DNA of 64,000 nt, taken from positions 4,352,001-4,416,000 of the forward strand of contig OY969474.1 of assembly GCA_963700145.1 (NCBI GenBank). Reading direction: 5' to 3'. This DNA is from an uncultured Acidobacteriota bacterium. GTDB lineage: Bacteria; Acidobacteriota; Thermoanaerobaculia; Multivoradales; UBA5704. A program made the position numbers and the translations under genes. The notes beneath the pieces were generated by a model that was given only the letters and a program-made list of their open reading frames with translations, was not told where the DNA came from and did no database searches. Numbering within the stretch: the first letter of the stretch is position 1; every line of letters starts with the position of its first letter. Shown here in pieces: positions 47,441 to 57,989 of this stretch.

Positions 47441-48864
47441 CCGCCGGTCCGCAGCCCGGCCCCCTGCGGCACCAGAGCCGCCCGTCGCGCCGCGGCGGCC
47501 GGCGCCGGTACCGGCGCCGGGACGAGAGCGGCCTGCCGGTCGAGCCGCACGGCCAGGAACACCAAACCCACGAGGAACCAGTAGTACACCCCGGCCGTCA
47601 CCTCGAAGATGATCCCGCCGGGGATCTGGATGAGGAAGAACAGCAAGGCCGAGATCGCGATGGCGCGATGGAAGGGCGTCCGTAGCCGCAGCGCCTGGCG
47701 CAGAGCGAAGAGCGCCACCGACAGGCGCACGAGATAGACGAAAAGGAAACCCAGTGGGCCGAGCTCCAGCATTACGCGGCCGCTCTCCGCCTCCGGCGCG
47801 ACGCCGCCGAGCCAACTGAAGGGCACGACGCCCCCGGTCAGCGCCGTCGCAGCCTGATGAGTCGCCCCGATGCCGTAGCCCAGGGCCCCGGCATAGGGGA
47901 GCATGTGGACCGGCGCCAGGAAGGGGGAGGCTACCCGGGAGGCGACGTCCTCGGATCCGGCGGCCCGCTGACTGAAGGCTGTGACTGCTTCTCCCCCCTT
48001 CCAACTGAGCACGGTCGCCAGCAGACCCATGCCGAGGAGCAATCGCACGAAAGTCCGAGCGCTCTGCCTCTCGCGTACCAGCGCGAGCCAACAGTAGATA
48101 GGGAAGATGAGGGAGAGCAGGAGGATCGGCCCACGCGAGCCGCTCATGAGCATCCCGAGCAACGTCATGCCGAGCGCGGCGTAGACGAGAAGATTCCCAC
48201 GGAATTGCCAGCGGGCGGTGGTGAGAATCGCGAGGATGAGGAACGTGCTGACGAGGAGGTAGGAAGTGTAGCCCGTGATGTAGGAAAAGGTCCCCGTGAC
48301 CCGGACGAACGCCGAGCTGCCGAAGGTCGAGATCACCGACACCTGCGGCGGTCGCGCGTAAGTGTTGAGGAGGCTGCCGGCCGGACTGAAGAACTGCGCG
48401 ATCGAGAGCAGCCCGATCGGCAGGGCGAGGAGCGCATAACGCTTGACGAAGCGGGCCAAGGACGCGTCGTCCGGGAACATCGCCGGTACGACGAAGAGAA
48501 GCGGCACGTACAGGAAATAGGCCTTGAACCCCAAGATCCCCACCCAGAGATTGGGCAACCGTGGGTTGAAGACCTGGAAGAGGCCGATGACCGCCGCGAG
48601 GATGAGGCCGGCGTAGAGGCTCGGCGCCTCCGGCAACCGCCACCGCAGGCGCCAGCGGTTCTGCAACCACCCGGCGTAGGCGCCGAGGAAGAAGACGTCC
48701 TTGGCGAAATAGACGATGTCTTGGGACCCGGGGAGGAGCCACTTCCGGATCGCCCCCTCGAGGATCACCAACAGCATCCCCACCTGGACGGCCTGCCGCC
48801 ACTGCCGCACCGACCAGAGGGCGGCGGCGACGCCGACCATCATCAGGAGCAGCCGCGTGTTCAC
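47437..48864 (-). CDS. Wzy-like polysaccharide polymerase / O-antigen ligase-like membrane protein
   Basis: EGAIRKW, RVTGTFS, SGSRG, GYGIG, ESGRVMLELG; many transmembrane helices. Confidence 0.7.
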   Translation of the reverse strand: MNTRLLLMMVGVAAALWSVRQWRQAVQVGMLLVILEGAIRKWLLPGSQDIVYFAKDVFFLGAYAGWLQNRWRLRWRLPEAPSLYAGLILAAVIGLFQVFNPRLPNLWVGILGFKAYFLYVPLLFVVPAMFPDDASLARFVKRYALLALPIGLLSIAQFFSPAGSLLNTYARPPQVSVISTFGSSAFVRVTGTFSYITGYTSYLLVSTFLILAILTTARWQFRGNLLVYAALGMTLLGMLMSGSRGPILLLSLIFPIYCWLALVRERQSARTFVRLLLGMGLLATVLSWKGGEAVTAFSQRAAGSEDVASRVASPFLAPVHMLPYAGALGYGIGATHQAATALTGGVVPFSWLGGVAPEAESGRVMLELGPLGFLFVYLVRLSVALFALRQALRLRTPFHRAIAISALLFFLIQIPGGIIFEVTAGVYYWFLVGLVFLAVRLDRQAALVPAPVPAPAAAARRAALVPQGAGLRTGG

Positions 48865-49916
48865 GCCTCGGCCTCCCCTCGTCCGGCGAGCAGCTCCGTC
48901 CGCCGCCCCGCGACGGCCTGCTCCAGCACTTGCAGATAGGCGGCGACGACGCGACCACTGCCGTGGCGGGCGAGGTGGTCGGACACTACCTCGCGCGGGG
49001 CGGCGAAGCGGTCCGTGTCCGCTAACGCGGCCTCCAGCAGGCGGGCGAGCGCGTTCGCATCGCCGTTCGCGAAGGTCAGGCCGCAGCGGCCGATGGCCTC
49101 CTTGAGGCCCCCGCCGCGGGAGCCGATGACGAGGCAACCGCAAGCGATCCCCTCCAGCGCGACGATGCCGAAGGGCTCGTTATAGCGCGAAGGGATCACG
49201 AGGATCCGATGCTCGTTCAAGAGGCGGACGACCTCTTCGCCCTCGCGGTTGCCCAGGAACACGAGCTGCGCCGCGACGCCGAGCCGGCTGGCCTGCGATT
49301 CGAGCGCCGGCCTCTCCGGACCGTCTCCCACGATCGTGAGTGTCGGTCGAATCCCACGGGTGGCCAAGAGGCCGAGGGCATCGAGCAGGGTATCGACCCC
49401 CTTGTCCGAGACGAGCCGGCCGAGGAACATCAGCTCGCCGCTGCGCGTCACCCCGGGCAGCATACGGAAGAGGTGGTCCCGATAAGAGTTGGCGATCACG
49501 ACCGAAAAGGTTTCGAGGTCGTCGGCCACCGCCTGGCTGACCGCGATCGAGCTAGCCCAGCGCAGAAGGAAGCGCTTGAGGCGGTCTTGGGGTGCGCGGC
49601 TCCCGTCCTGGCGGCTGTACCAACCGTGATGAGAGACGACCCAGGGCCGCCGCACCAGCAGCAGAGGCCACAAGCCGCGCAAGCTCACGTTGGCCTGAAA
49701 GAAGACGTCGCACCAGCGGGCGAGAGCCAGGAGCTCACGCCGCGAAGGTCGCCGCACGACGCGGAACTCGAAGGGCTCGGACCCCGGGTTCTCCGTCTTG
49801 GCGACGACTGTGACTTCGTGGCCCGCACGGTTGATACCCGCGGCCAGGCGTTGGATGTTGATCTCGAGCCCGCCGACGCTGGGGTAGAAAACAGGACAAT
49901 AGAGGAGGACTTTCAT
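48861..49916 (-). CDS. Glycosyltransferase family 4
   Basis: FYPSVGG, FLGRLVSDKG, EPFGIVALEGIACG. Confidence 0.87.
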   Translation of the reverse strand: MKVLLYCPVFYPSVGGLEINIQRLAAGINRAGHEVTVVAKTENPGSEPFEFRVVRRPSRRELLALARWCDVFFQANVSLRGLWPLLLVRRPWVVSHHGWYSRQDGSRAPQDRLKRFLLRWASSIAVSQAVADDLETFSVVIANSYRDHLFRMLPGVTRSGELMFLGRLVSDKGVDTLLDALGLLATRGIRPTLTIVGDGPERPALESQASRLGVAAQLVFLGNREGEEVVRLLNEHRILVIPSRYNEPFGIVALEGIACGCLVIGSRGGGLKEAIGRCGLTFANGDANALARLLEAALADTDRFAAPREVVSDHLARHGSGRVVAAYLQVLEQAVAGRRTELLAGRGEAEA

Positions 49917-49923
49917 AGCGCGT

Positions 49924-50952
49924 CTAACGGGGACTCACTTGCGGGAAGAGCAGCTTCAGGTAGGCGGCTGCGTGACGATCTAGAGAATGGCCGCGATACC
50001 AAGCATGGGCCTGATCCGCGATCGTCTGGAGATAGTTCCAGCGCACGGCGGTGCCCGACCGAGGCTTCCAGAACGGCGGAGTCGGCTCGGTGTTCGGCTC
50101 CGGTCGAGTCGAGGCGCAGACGGGCAGCAGACCGTGGGCGCAGTAGGCGGCAAAAGCCGTTGACTTGCCCAGGAAGGCAGACGGATAGGCGGCGAAGCCA
50201 GCGCACCCGTCGAGCAACCGTGCGCTGACCTCTCCTGGTGGAATCACACCCAACTCCCGCACCGGCAAGCCGTCCAGCCGGACCGGTGCTCCGGCCGGCG
50301 GGCCTACATCCCAGATCTCTGCAAGCTGTAGCGCGCGGCAGGTGGCTAGAAGATCTGCCCGCCTCTCTGTCCAGGCGCGTCCGCGGGCGCCGGAGCCGCC
50401 GAAGACGATGAGACGCCGGGGACGCTCAGCGAGCGGCCACACAGCCGCGGGCTCTCCGACGGTGGAGAACACCGGGGCCACGTCGATGTGTGCGTCGGGA
50501 CGCCAACGGCGGAGGATGCGAGCTTGCAACTCGAGACTGGTGACGGCGGCGTCGGACAGAGTGAGGAGACGCGACGCGAGCCGCCGCTGCTGCGGCCCGA
50601 GCCAGAATGAGCTGCGCCAAGGTGGCCCGCTGGCATAAAGCTCGTGGTAGACGGTCACGAGCCGACGCTCGGGGGCACTGCGTTTCCATCTCGCCAGTCC
50701 CTCGATCAGCCAGCCCGGGCATCCGCGGCGCTCATAGCCGTAGTTCGCGTAGTGGAGGAGAACGGTGGTCTCGTTAGCGAGGGCGGCGGCGAGGGCGGCT
50801 TTACTCTGTAGAAGCGTCGAGGCATCGAGGACTCGGGCCTCGAGCCGGGCCTTCTGGAAAAGCGCTGCGCCCAGCGCCAGAGCAAAGCTCCCTACCCCCT
50901 CCTCCGGAGGAGGCAGGTGCGGCACCACCTGGAGAGCTCCGGTCGCCGTCAC
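49924..50952 (-). CDS. Glycosyltransferase (GT-B, GT4-like)
   Basis: EGVGSFA, YGYERRGCP, HELYA, PVFSTVGE, GKSTAFAAYCAHG; GTGA-coupled start. Confidence 0.7.
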   Translation of the reverse strand: MTATGALQVVPHLPPPEEGVGSFALALGAALFQKARLEARVLDASTLLQSKAALAAALANETTVLLHYANYGYERRGCPGWLIEGLARWKRSAPERRLVTVYHELYASGPPWRSSFWLGPQQRRLASRLLTLSDAAVTSLELQARILRRWRPDAHIDVAPVFSTVGEPAAVWPLAERPRRLIVFGGSGARGRAWTERRADLLATCRALQLAEIWDVGPPAGAPVRLDGLPVRELGVIPPGEVSARLLDGCAGFAAYPSAFLGKSTAFAAYCAHGLLPVCASTRPEPNTEPTPPFWKPRSGTAVRWNYLQTIADQAHAWYRGHSLDRHAAAYLKLLFPQVSPR

Positions 50953-52112
50953 AGCCGGGCCTCCTGCAGCCATTCTAAAGGCGCCCCTCCACCCGCGGCG
51001 GCTCGCTCGATCAGCTCCGCCCAAGCGGGAGCCAGGCGCTCCCAGGCATGTCGCTCGGCAACCTCGCGGGCGCGTTCGCCAAGCGCAGCCGCGAGTGCGG
51101 GGTCAGCGAGCAGACGCTTGACGGCGCACGCCAGCGCCGTCGCGTCGCACGGTGGTACGAAGAGGACGCTCTCGCCATCGCGCAGCAGGTCCGGCGCCGC
51201 ACCGACCGGTGTCGTCACGATGGGCAGTGCAGCCGCCATCGCCTCGAGTAGCGCGACACTCGATCCCTCGGCAAGAGTTGGAAAAACGAAGAGGTCGGCC
51301 GCCCGCAGCTCCTCCACCACGCGCTCTCGTCCCACCGAGGCGACCACGGCCACGCGACTTCGGATCGCCTCGGGAAATGAGGCGAGCACTGCCTCGGGCT
51401 GCTTCTGCGTTCCGACGCAGACGAGCTCCAATTCCGGACACTCGGCTGCGAGTGCGGTGAAGGCCTCGACCAAGTACCGCACGCCCTTCCCGTCTAACCA
51501 CTGACCGAGAAAGAGCAGGCGCCGCAGTGAGAGGCGGCCGGACCGCTTCACAAACGCCTCGGAGGGCGCGGCGTTACGGACAACGACGACTTTCTCCGGG
51601 GATCCCCAGCCGCGCGCTAGAAGCGCCGCCCGCTCCCTCGTGTTCAGGCAGGCGATCAGCTCCGACCGGCGGCAGGCCAAGCGGAGGAGAAGCGGCATCA
51701 CGCTCTCTTGGAACAGCCGGAAGCGGAAGCGGAACGGCTGGCCGATGCGTGCCATTTCCGTTCGCATGGCCCGATAGTGGAGGGGCTCCAGCCCATGGAA
51801 CTGGGTAATTGCGCGCATACCGGCGAGGCGCGGGTCGAAGCGCCGCGCGAGAAGCGCCGCCCAGCCGGAGAAGGAGTGAAAGACGACTAGGTCCGGCCGC
51901 TCCCCGGCGCGCCTAAGGCTCCGCGCCACGGCGAGCGGGAAGAGGATCGGCCGCCAGCGGAACGCCTTTCCGGCGAGAGTAGGACAGTCCTCAGGTGCCA
52001 GCACCTCGGTTCGGTGGCCGCGCGATTCCAGGAATTCCGCGCGCTGGCGCGTCCAAGCGTAGACGGCTGTGCGTGGATCCTTGGATGTGTGAATCACGAA
52101 CAGGACTTTCAT
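50949..52112 (-). CDS. Glycosyltransferase family 4
   Basis: FLGQWLDGKG, ADLFVFPT, EGSSVALLEAMAA. Confidence 0.85.
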   Translation of the reverse strand: MKVLFVIHTSKDPRTAVYAWTRQRAEFLESRGHRTEVLAPEDCPTLAGKAFRWRPILFPLAVARSLRRAGERPDLVVFHSFSGWAALLARRFDPRLAGMRAITQFHGLEPLHYRAMRTEMARIGQPFRFRFRLFQESVMPLLLRLACRRSELIACLNTRERAALLARGWGSPEKVVVVRNAAPSEAFVKRSGRLSLRRLLFLGQWLDGKGVRYLVEAFTALAAECPELELVCVGTQKQPEAVLASFPEAIRSRVAVVASVGRERVVEELRAADLFVFPTLAEGSSVALLEAMAAALPIVTTPVGAAPDLLRDGESVLFVPPCDATALACAVKRLLADPALAAALGERAREVAERHAWERLAPAWAELIERAAAGGGAPLEWLQEARL

Positions 52113-53188
52113 CGCGCGCCCCTGATCGGGACTGCCGCCTCGTAGGCCTCCGCGATCCGCGCCCAATGGAAGCGCCGGTAATAACCGTTCAGGTCAGAAG
52201 CTGCTCGTGCAAGGTAAGGTTCTGCCGGGGGTGGAAAAGGACGCAGCGTGTCGGGGAATGCCGGCCGAAGGTCGGGGACACCCCCAGCCTCCGTTGCGAA
52301 GACCGTCATGCCCGACTCGAGCATTTCGTTGAGCGACAGACCCCAGCCCTCGACGTCGCTGGTGAAGACGCCGGCGTCGTGGCTGGCGAGAAGGGGCGAC
52401 AGTTGTTCGCGGCCGAAGGACTCGACGATGCGAATGCGGCCTGTGGCGAGGAGCTCGCGTGGTAGATCGTGCGCTGCGCCTACGCCGCAGCCGGCGACAG
52501 TGAACGTGTCGCGTGGCGCGAGCGCGGCGCGCTCTGTAATCCAGGCGACCAGGCGGCGAGTCCCCTTTTGTGGGACCCAACGGCCGATCCAAAGGAAACG
52601 AACGCTGGCACCGCCTGGCGTCGGGCGCCCCGCGCGCACGGCGGCAAGCGTCGCCTGCTCCTCCTGGGCGAGAGCATTGACGTAGAGATCGAGCCGCGAG
52701 CGTGTCCAAGGAAAGTTGGCGCGCATCCACTCCAGCTCGAGAGTGCCGAGGCAGAGAATCAGGCGAGCGCGCCGCCAACCGGCGAGGATCGCCCCGCACA
52801 CCGCGAGGTCGGCTGCGGTGTGAGCGGCGCCTCTGAGTGCGCCCCGCGGTAGATGGCGAACCTGTTCTGCCACTGCGTGGCCGAAGTAGCGAAGATCCGG
52901 CTGCACGCTACGAGCGATTGCCGGCGCAGCGGCCGCCACTCGGCGAGAGAGCGAAACGGCCGGCAAATCGATGGCGTCGAAGCGCGAGGCAGCGGCCAGA
53001 TATTCCTCCAAGCGCCTCCTCTGCCAGCGCCAGCGGTTCCACCATCGGGTTTCCCGGGGAAGGGGCTCGGGACTCCAGGTCACCACGTCGTGGCCGCGGG
53101 CGCGAAGCGCCGCGGCGAGGTTCAAGGCCATCTGCGCTGCACCGTACTCCGGAGAGAGGGGCGGGTGGGTGACGACGAGGAGCCTCAC
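52109..53188 (-). CDS. Glycosyltransferase family 4
   Basis: WIGRWVPQKG, EGWGLSLNEMLESG. Confidence 0.8.
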   Translation of the reverse strand: MRLLVVTHPPLSPEYGAAQMALNLAAALRARGHDVVTWSPEPLPRETRWWNRWRWQRRRLEEYLAAASRFDAIDLPAVSLSRRVAAAAPAIARSVQPDLRYFGHAVAEQVRHLPRGALRGAAHTAADLAVCGAILAGWRRARLILCLGTLELEWMRANFPWTRSRLDLYVNALAQEEQATLAAVRAGRPTPGGASVRFLWIGRWVPQKGTRRLVAWITERAALAPRDTFTVAGCGVGAAHDLPRELLATGRIRIVESFGREQLSPLLASHDAGVFTSDVEGWGLSLNEMLESGMTVFATEAGGVPDLRPAFPDTLRPFPPPAEPYLARAASDLNGYYRRFHWARIAEAYEAAVPIRGAR

Positions 53189-54261
53189 GTCGTCTCCTTG
53201 CCGTTGGCGTTGAAGCTCTCGTAGGCGTCGAAGCAGCGTTCAACAACCCGGTTCCAGGTGAATTCGTCTTCTACGCGCATGCGCGCGCCCTGCGCGAGGC
53301 GGCGCCAGAGGTTTGCGTCGGAAGCAAGGCGGGAGAGCGCAGCGGAGATGGCCGCTGGGGCGTTCGGCGGCACCAGCAAGCCGCTCGTTTCGTGCTCGAC
53401 GATCTCAGGAAGCGAGGCGACGTTGGACACTACCGCCGGGCAGCCGCAAGCCATTGCCTCGACAAGGGCGAGGCCGAAAAGCTCGTGAGACCCGGCGTCA
53501 CCGTTGGAGGTGGTTGGTGTGGGATGGACGAGGGCCATCGCTCGCTGGAGATACGACAGCACCTCCCCGTCGGCGAGGCCGAGGTGGAAGCGAACATCTT
53601 TGCCCTCGGCGAGGGTTTTCAGGCGTGTCAGGTAGGCCGCGTCGGGTGCCGAGCCGAGGAGGTGGAGCGTCACACCCGCGGGCAAAGCCTCGATCAGCAG
53701 GTGCACGCCCTTGTGGGCCAGGAGGCGGCCCAGAAACAGCAGCGACCCATCGTGCGCGAGCTCAGACCGCATCGGATAGCGCTTCAGGTCGACGCCGCCG
53801 TAGATCACCCGGTGGCGCCGGTGGCGTCCTGGGAGGGCACGAGCCGCGTAGCGCGAGATCGGCAGATGCGCCGCGATCCAACGCGATTGGTCGATCTGAT
53901 AGCCGGGAGTCCAGCTGCCGCCGCCGAGGTCGGAGACGAAGACGCGGCTGCCGCGCAGCCTGCCGGCGAGGGCGGCGAGGAAGGTGGGGAGGACGAAGTA
54001 CTGATGGCAATGGATGACGTCGGCACCGGCCAGCTCGCGGAAGAGCGCGGCCGAGATCGGCGCGCGCGACCAGCTCTTCAGGATCACCCGCTCGTAGTGC
54101 GGCGCCGGGCGTTCGCGGAAAGCGCGCCGGCCGAAGCTCACGAGCTTGACCTCGGCGCGCGCAGCCATTGCGCGCGACAGCTCCTCGGCGAAGCGCTCGC
54201 CGCCGCCGAGGATCGACTCCGGGGCGAAATAGGTCGGGCTCACGTGGCAGACGCGGAGCAC
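53185..54261 (-). CDS. Glycosyltransferase family 4
   Basis: GGGERFA, GGVD, FLGRLLAHKG, ELFGLALVEAMACG. Confidence 0.85.
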   Translation of the reverse strand: MLRVCHVSPTYFAPESILGGGERFAEELSRAMAARAEVKLVSFGRRAFRERPAPHYERVILKSWSRAPISAALFRELAGADVIHCHQYFVLPTFLAALAGRLRGSRVFVSDLGGGSWTPGYQIDQSRWIAAHLPISRYAARALPGRHRRHRVIYGGVDLKRYPMRSELAHDGSLLFLGRLLAHKGVHLLIEALPAGVTLHLLGSAPDAAYLTRLKTLAEGKDVRFHLGLADGEVLSYLQRAMALVHPTPTTSNGDAGSHELFGLALVEAMACGCPAVVSNVASLPEIVEHETSGLLVPPNAPAAISAALSRLASDANLWRRLAQGARMRVEDEFTWNRVVERCFDAYESFNANGKETT

Positions 54262-54266
54262 GCCGG

Positions 54267-54863
54267 CTAACCTTCCCGGCCGACCTTGACGGCCCGCAGC
54301 TTGAAGATCAGGAACCACGCGGGATAGAGCCAGGCGAAGCGTTGCTCGTAGCGGGCCGGTTGCCGATTCGCCCAGCGCGCGACCAGCCGATCGAGCACGC
54401 CGTTGTGAAAGGCGATCAGGCGCTCCTCGATCGTGAATCGCGCGGGCGAGTAGAAGCTCCACGGCGAGGCGTCGTCGGCGAAGTAGTCGAACGAGAAGTA
54501 GCCGAAGTGGTGCTTGTGGGTGGGGTCGGTGAAGGCGTTGGGGCTCGAGAAGTGGGGCGTGGTGATCTCGAGGACCCCTCCCGGAGCGAGCAGCGCGTGG
54601 ATCTCTTCCATGAAGGCCGGGATGTCGTCGAGGTGCTCGACGACGTCGCCGGCGTAGACCCGTTCGAAGTGGTACCGCGGCAGCGGGTAGGGGTGGACGT
54701 TCAGGTCCCACACCAGGTCCGGCGCGACCGCCGGCCGGAGGTCCACGTTGAGGCAGTGCGCACGCTTCTGCCGCCCGCACCCGAGGTTGAGCTCGGGCGG
54801 GACGTCGCGCTCGCCCACCGCGGCCGGCGCCGGCCGCTCGGCCGGCTCGACGCTCAGGCCCAT
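54267..54863 (-). CDS. SAM-dependent methyltransferase (type 11-like)
   Basis: LNLGCG, LNVD, DVVEHL, DPTH. Confidence 0.82.
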   Translation of the reverse strand: MGLSVEPAERPAPAAVGERDVPPELNLGCGRQKRAHCLNVDLRPAVAPDLVWDLNVHPYPLPRYHFERVYAGDVVEHLDDIPAFMEEIHALLAPGGVLEITTPHFSSPNAFTDPTHKHHFGYFSFDYFADDASPWSFYSPARFTIEERLIAFHNGVLDRLVARWANRQPARYEQRFAWLYPAWFLIFKLRAVKVGREG

Positions 54864-56161
54864 CGCACCCACTCCGGCCGCAGCAGGCCGGTGCCGGTGA
54901 CCGCGAGCTGGAGCGCCAGCCCCATCGCGGCGCTCGCGGTGCCGAAGAGGAGCACTCCGGCCGTGGTGCCGAGCGGCAGGAGCGCCACCAGGAGCGCCTG
55001 GAAAGCGACGAGCACGACGACGGCCAGGCCGTGCAGCCGCGTCCAGGAGCGCTGGAGGTTCACGCCGACGGCATAGCCGCCGAGGAGCGTCAGTCCCGCT
55101 GCCGCCACGACCAGCAGCAGCTCGCGGTCGAGGTCGGCGTAGCGTCCGCCCAGGAGCCAGAGGAAGGGGCGGGGCGCCGCCCAGGCGGTGGCGAACAGCG
55201 CCAGCGCCACCGCCGCGAGGAGACTCCCGAACTGGAGGTAGCGCCGGAAATAGAGCCGCTCGTCGGCGATCCGCGCCAGCCGCGGCAGGAAGACGATGCC
55301 AGTCAGCCCGGAGAAGAGTCCGACGATCAGGCCTAGCCGCCCGAGCGCGCCGACCTCGGCGATCGTGCGCGCCTGGCCGAAGGCGGCGGCGAGCCAGACC
55401 ACGAGCGGTGCCTGGAAGGCGAAGTAGAAGGCGCTCGGCAGGGTCGGGAGGAGGAAGCGGAGGACGCGCTTGCGGTAAGGGGCGAGAGGCCCAGCGGGCG
55501 CAGCCTGCGCTTCCCGGGGCTTGGCTCCGGCGGCCAGCCGCACGACCAGGGCGGTGCCGGCGGCGGTGGCGAGGATCGCGAGCCAGGCCTCGAGCCAGGC
55601 GAGGACCACGAGGAGAGCGGTCACCCCGAGCCGCAGCAGGGCGCCGGCCAGCTCCGCGCGATAAGAGCGGCCGTAGCGGTCCTCCAAGCGCAGCATGAGG
55701 AGGCGCAGCGAGGAGTCGATCTGGAACCAGACGCAGAGCAGGATGCCGGCGACGACCGGCAGCGACTCACGCGCACCGAACCCCTCGGCCGCCGCCGCCG
55801 CGGGAAAGACGGCGACGACCGCCAGTGCGCCGAGCAGGAAGGCGCCGCGGCGCAGCGACAGGACCGCATGGCGGTAGGGCTCGAACGCCGCGCCCCCCTG
55901 CTCGCGGTGGAAGAAGTGGAGGAGCGACCCGGTGCTCCCCAGGTCGGTGAGGAAGGTGAACATCCCGACGACCGAGACCGCCAGGGTGTAGAGCGCGAAC
56001 TCGCGCACCGGCAGCGCCCGCACCAGCAGGAGCCCGGCGGCGATTCCCGCCAGCTGAGTCACCGTTTGCGTCGAGAAGTACGCCGCGAAGATGCCGCTCC
56101 AGCGCTTGGCGCGTGCGAAGCGACTGGCCGGGACGACGGCGACCGTGGCGGCGTCCATCAC
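54854..56161 (-). CDS. Wzx-like polysaccharide flippase
   Basis: N-terminal LLLVRALPVREFALY...DLG pattern; many hydrophobic helices; position in the glycan operon. Confidence 0.7.
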   Translation of the reverse strand: MMDAATVAVVPASRFARAKRWSGIFAAYFSTQTVTQLAGIAAGLLLVRALPVREFALYTLAVSVVGMFTFLTDLGSTGSLLHFFHREQGGAAFEPYRHAVLSLRRGAFLLGALAVVAVFPAAAAAEGFGARESLPVVAGILLCVWFQIDSSLRLLMLRLEDRYGRSYRAELAGALLRLGVTALLVVLAWLEAWLAILATAAGTALVVRLAAGAKPREAQAAPAGPLAPYRKRVLRFLLPTLPSAFYFAFQAPLVVWLAAAFGQARTIAEVGALGRLGLIVGLFSGLTGIVFLPRLARIADERLYFRRYLQFGSLLAAVALALFATAWAAPRPFLWLLGGRYADLDRELLLVVAAAGLTLLGGYAVGVNLQRSWTRLHGLAVVVLVAFQALLVALLPLGTTAGVLLFGTASAAMGLALQLAVTGTGLLRPEWVRWA

Positions 56162-57987
56162 GCCGCCCTTCCCGCGCCGGCCGCCAGCTCGACCCCGTGC
56201 TCCGCCAGCACCCGCAGCGCCACCTGGCGCGACTGCGCGCCCAGGCCCTGCGGCGCCGCCGGCCCCTCGCCGCCGGCGGCCAGCCAGGGGACGACCGGCA
56301 CGTAGAAGCCGGTCTTGGCGCGGTCGAAGACCGCCTCCGGCAGCTCTGGTGCGGCGTGCCGCACCAGCTCCCGCTTGCCCGACGAGCGCGCCGGCTCGAA
56401 GCCAAGCGCGGCGAAGCGTGCGAGGAGCCAGGCGTCCACCAGCGGCACCCGCAGCTCCAGCGAGTGGGCCATCGCCGCCCAGTCGGCGTCGCGCAGGAGC
56501 TGGTTGCGCAGGTAGTGCCTGGTTTCCAGGCGCTGCACCGCGAGCCAGGCTTCCGCGCCGCCGGGAAAGTGGCCATTTCCCGCGGCGAGGTTGCGCGCCG
56601 CGTCGGCGACCGGGTCGTAGGCCGCGAGCCCTTCGGCCGCCGCGTCGGCGCCGAGCAGCGCCGGCAGCTCCTCGGGGAGGAAGAGGCCGCGGCGGAGGAA
56701 GTAGGCGCCGGGCAGCGTGCCGCCGTGGCGGAGCGCGCCCGCGAGCTTCGGCCGCTCGGCGAAGGCGCGCCGCGCGACGGCGGGCCAGAGCGACGGAAGG
56801 CCCGGCACGCGGCGGGCGCGTCGCGCCTGCCGCTGGAGGCGCGGCACGTCGGCGAACGACGGGTAGCCGCCGAAGAGCTCGTCGCCGCCGAGGCCGGAGA
56901 GGGCCACCTTGATCCCCGCCTCGTGCGCCGCCTTGCTCACCAGGAAGACGTTGAAGCCGTCGATCGCCGGCTGGTCCATGGCGTCGAGCGCCGCCGGCCA
57001 GAGGTCGAGGAAGTCCTCCCGCCGCACGGTGCGCTCGACGTGGTGGGTGCCGAGCCGGCGCGCCACCGCGGCGGCCAGCGGCCCCTCGTCGCGCTCCGTG
57101 CCGGCCAGGACGTCGAAGCGGAGGGTGAAGGTGGTCGGCGGCTCGGGCGCGGCGCGGGATGCGAGGGCCGCGACGAGCGTCGAGTCGAGCCCGGCCGAGA
57201 GGAAGACGGCGACCGGCACGTCCGAGACGAGATGGGCGCGGACGGAATCGGCGAGCGCCGCGGCGGCGTCGCCCGCTCCGTCCGCCTCGGGCTGCGGAGC
57301 CGGCTCGACGGCGAAGGGCGCCGGCGCCTCGATCCGCCCGTCGCGCACCAGCAGGCGGTGGCCGGCCGGCAGCGCGCGCACGCCGCGGCGGATCGTCCAG
57401 GGCTCCGGCACCGAGCCCCAGAGCAGGAACCCGGCGAGCCCCGCCGGCTCGACGGCGCGCGACACCGCGCCGCCGGCCTCGAGCGCCTTGACCTGCGAGG
57501 CGAAGCGCAGGACGCCGTCCTCGACGGCGTAGTAGAGGGGCTTCACCCCCAGCGGGTCGCGGGCGAGGAGGAGGGTCTGCTCCGCCTCGTCCCAGAGGGC
57601 CAGCCCGAACATGCCGCGCAGGCGGCGCAGCATCGCCGCCCCCTCGCGGGCGTAGAGCGTGAGCAGCACCTCGGTGTCGCTGTGCGAGCGGAAGCGCCGG
57701 CCCTCACGCTCGAGCGCCGCGCGCAGCTCGCGGAAGTTGTAGATCTCGCCGTTCAGGACCGCGTGCAGGCGGCCGTCGGCCGAGGCCATGGGCTGATCGC
57801 CGGCGGCCGAGAGGTCGAGGATGGCGAGGCGCCGGCTGGCCAGGGCGGCGCGGCCGTCGGGTGAGACCCAGTCGCCGGCGCCGTCCGGCCCGCGCGCCGC
57901 CATCCGCTCGCGCGTGCGCAGCAGCTCGTCACGGTCGAGCGGCGGCGCCGCGGGGGAGAGGCGGAGGAGGCCGTTGATGCCGCACAC
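56158..57987 (-). CDS. asnB: Asparagine synthase-type glutamine amidotransferase (probably polysaccharide amidation)
   Basis: MCGING (Ntn Cys2), RGPD, RRLAILD, NGEIYN, SDTEV, RDPLGVKPLY, LSAGLDS, SGLGGDELFGGY, MAHSLELRVP. Confidence 0.9.
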   Translation of the reverse strand: MCGINGLLRLSPAAPPLDRDELLRTRERMAARGPDGAGDWVSPDGRAALASRRLAILDLSAAGDQPMASADGRLHAVLNGEIYNFRELRAALEREGRRFRSHSDTEVLLTLYAREGAAMLRRLRGMFGLALWDEAEQTLLLARDPLGVKPLYYAVEDGVLRFASQVKALEAGGAVSRAVEPAGLAGFLLWGSVPEPWTIRRGVRALPAGHRLLVRDGRIEAPAPFAVEPAPQPEADGAGDAAAALADSVRAHLVSDVPVAVFLSAGLDSTLVAALASRAAPEPPTTFTLRFDVLAGTERDEGPLAAAVARRLGTHHVERTVRREDFLDLWPAALDAMDQPAIDGFNVFLVSKAAHEAGIKVALSGLGGDELFGGYPSFADVPRLQRQARRARRVPGLPSLWPAVARRAFAERPKLAGALRHGGTLPGAYFLRRGLFLPEELPALLGADAAAEGLAAYDPVADAARNLAAGNGHFPGGAEAWLAVQRLETRHYLRNQLLRDADWAAMAHSLELRVPLVDAWLLARFAALGFEPARSSGKRELVRHAAPELPEAVFDRAKTGFYVPVVPWLAAGGEGPAAPQGLGAQSRQVALRVLAEHGVELAAGAGRAA

Positions 57988-57989
57988 GG

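Noticed and set aside
56158-57987. Third Asn-synthetase homolog as part of the lasso pathway
   Set aside because: It retains MCGI with Ntn Cys2 and all glutaminase motifs and is coupled to the flippase and GT genes, which fits glycan amidation.
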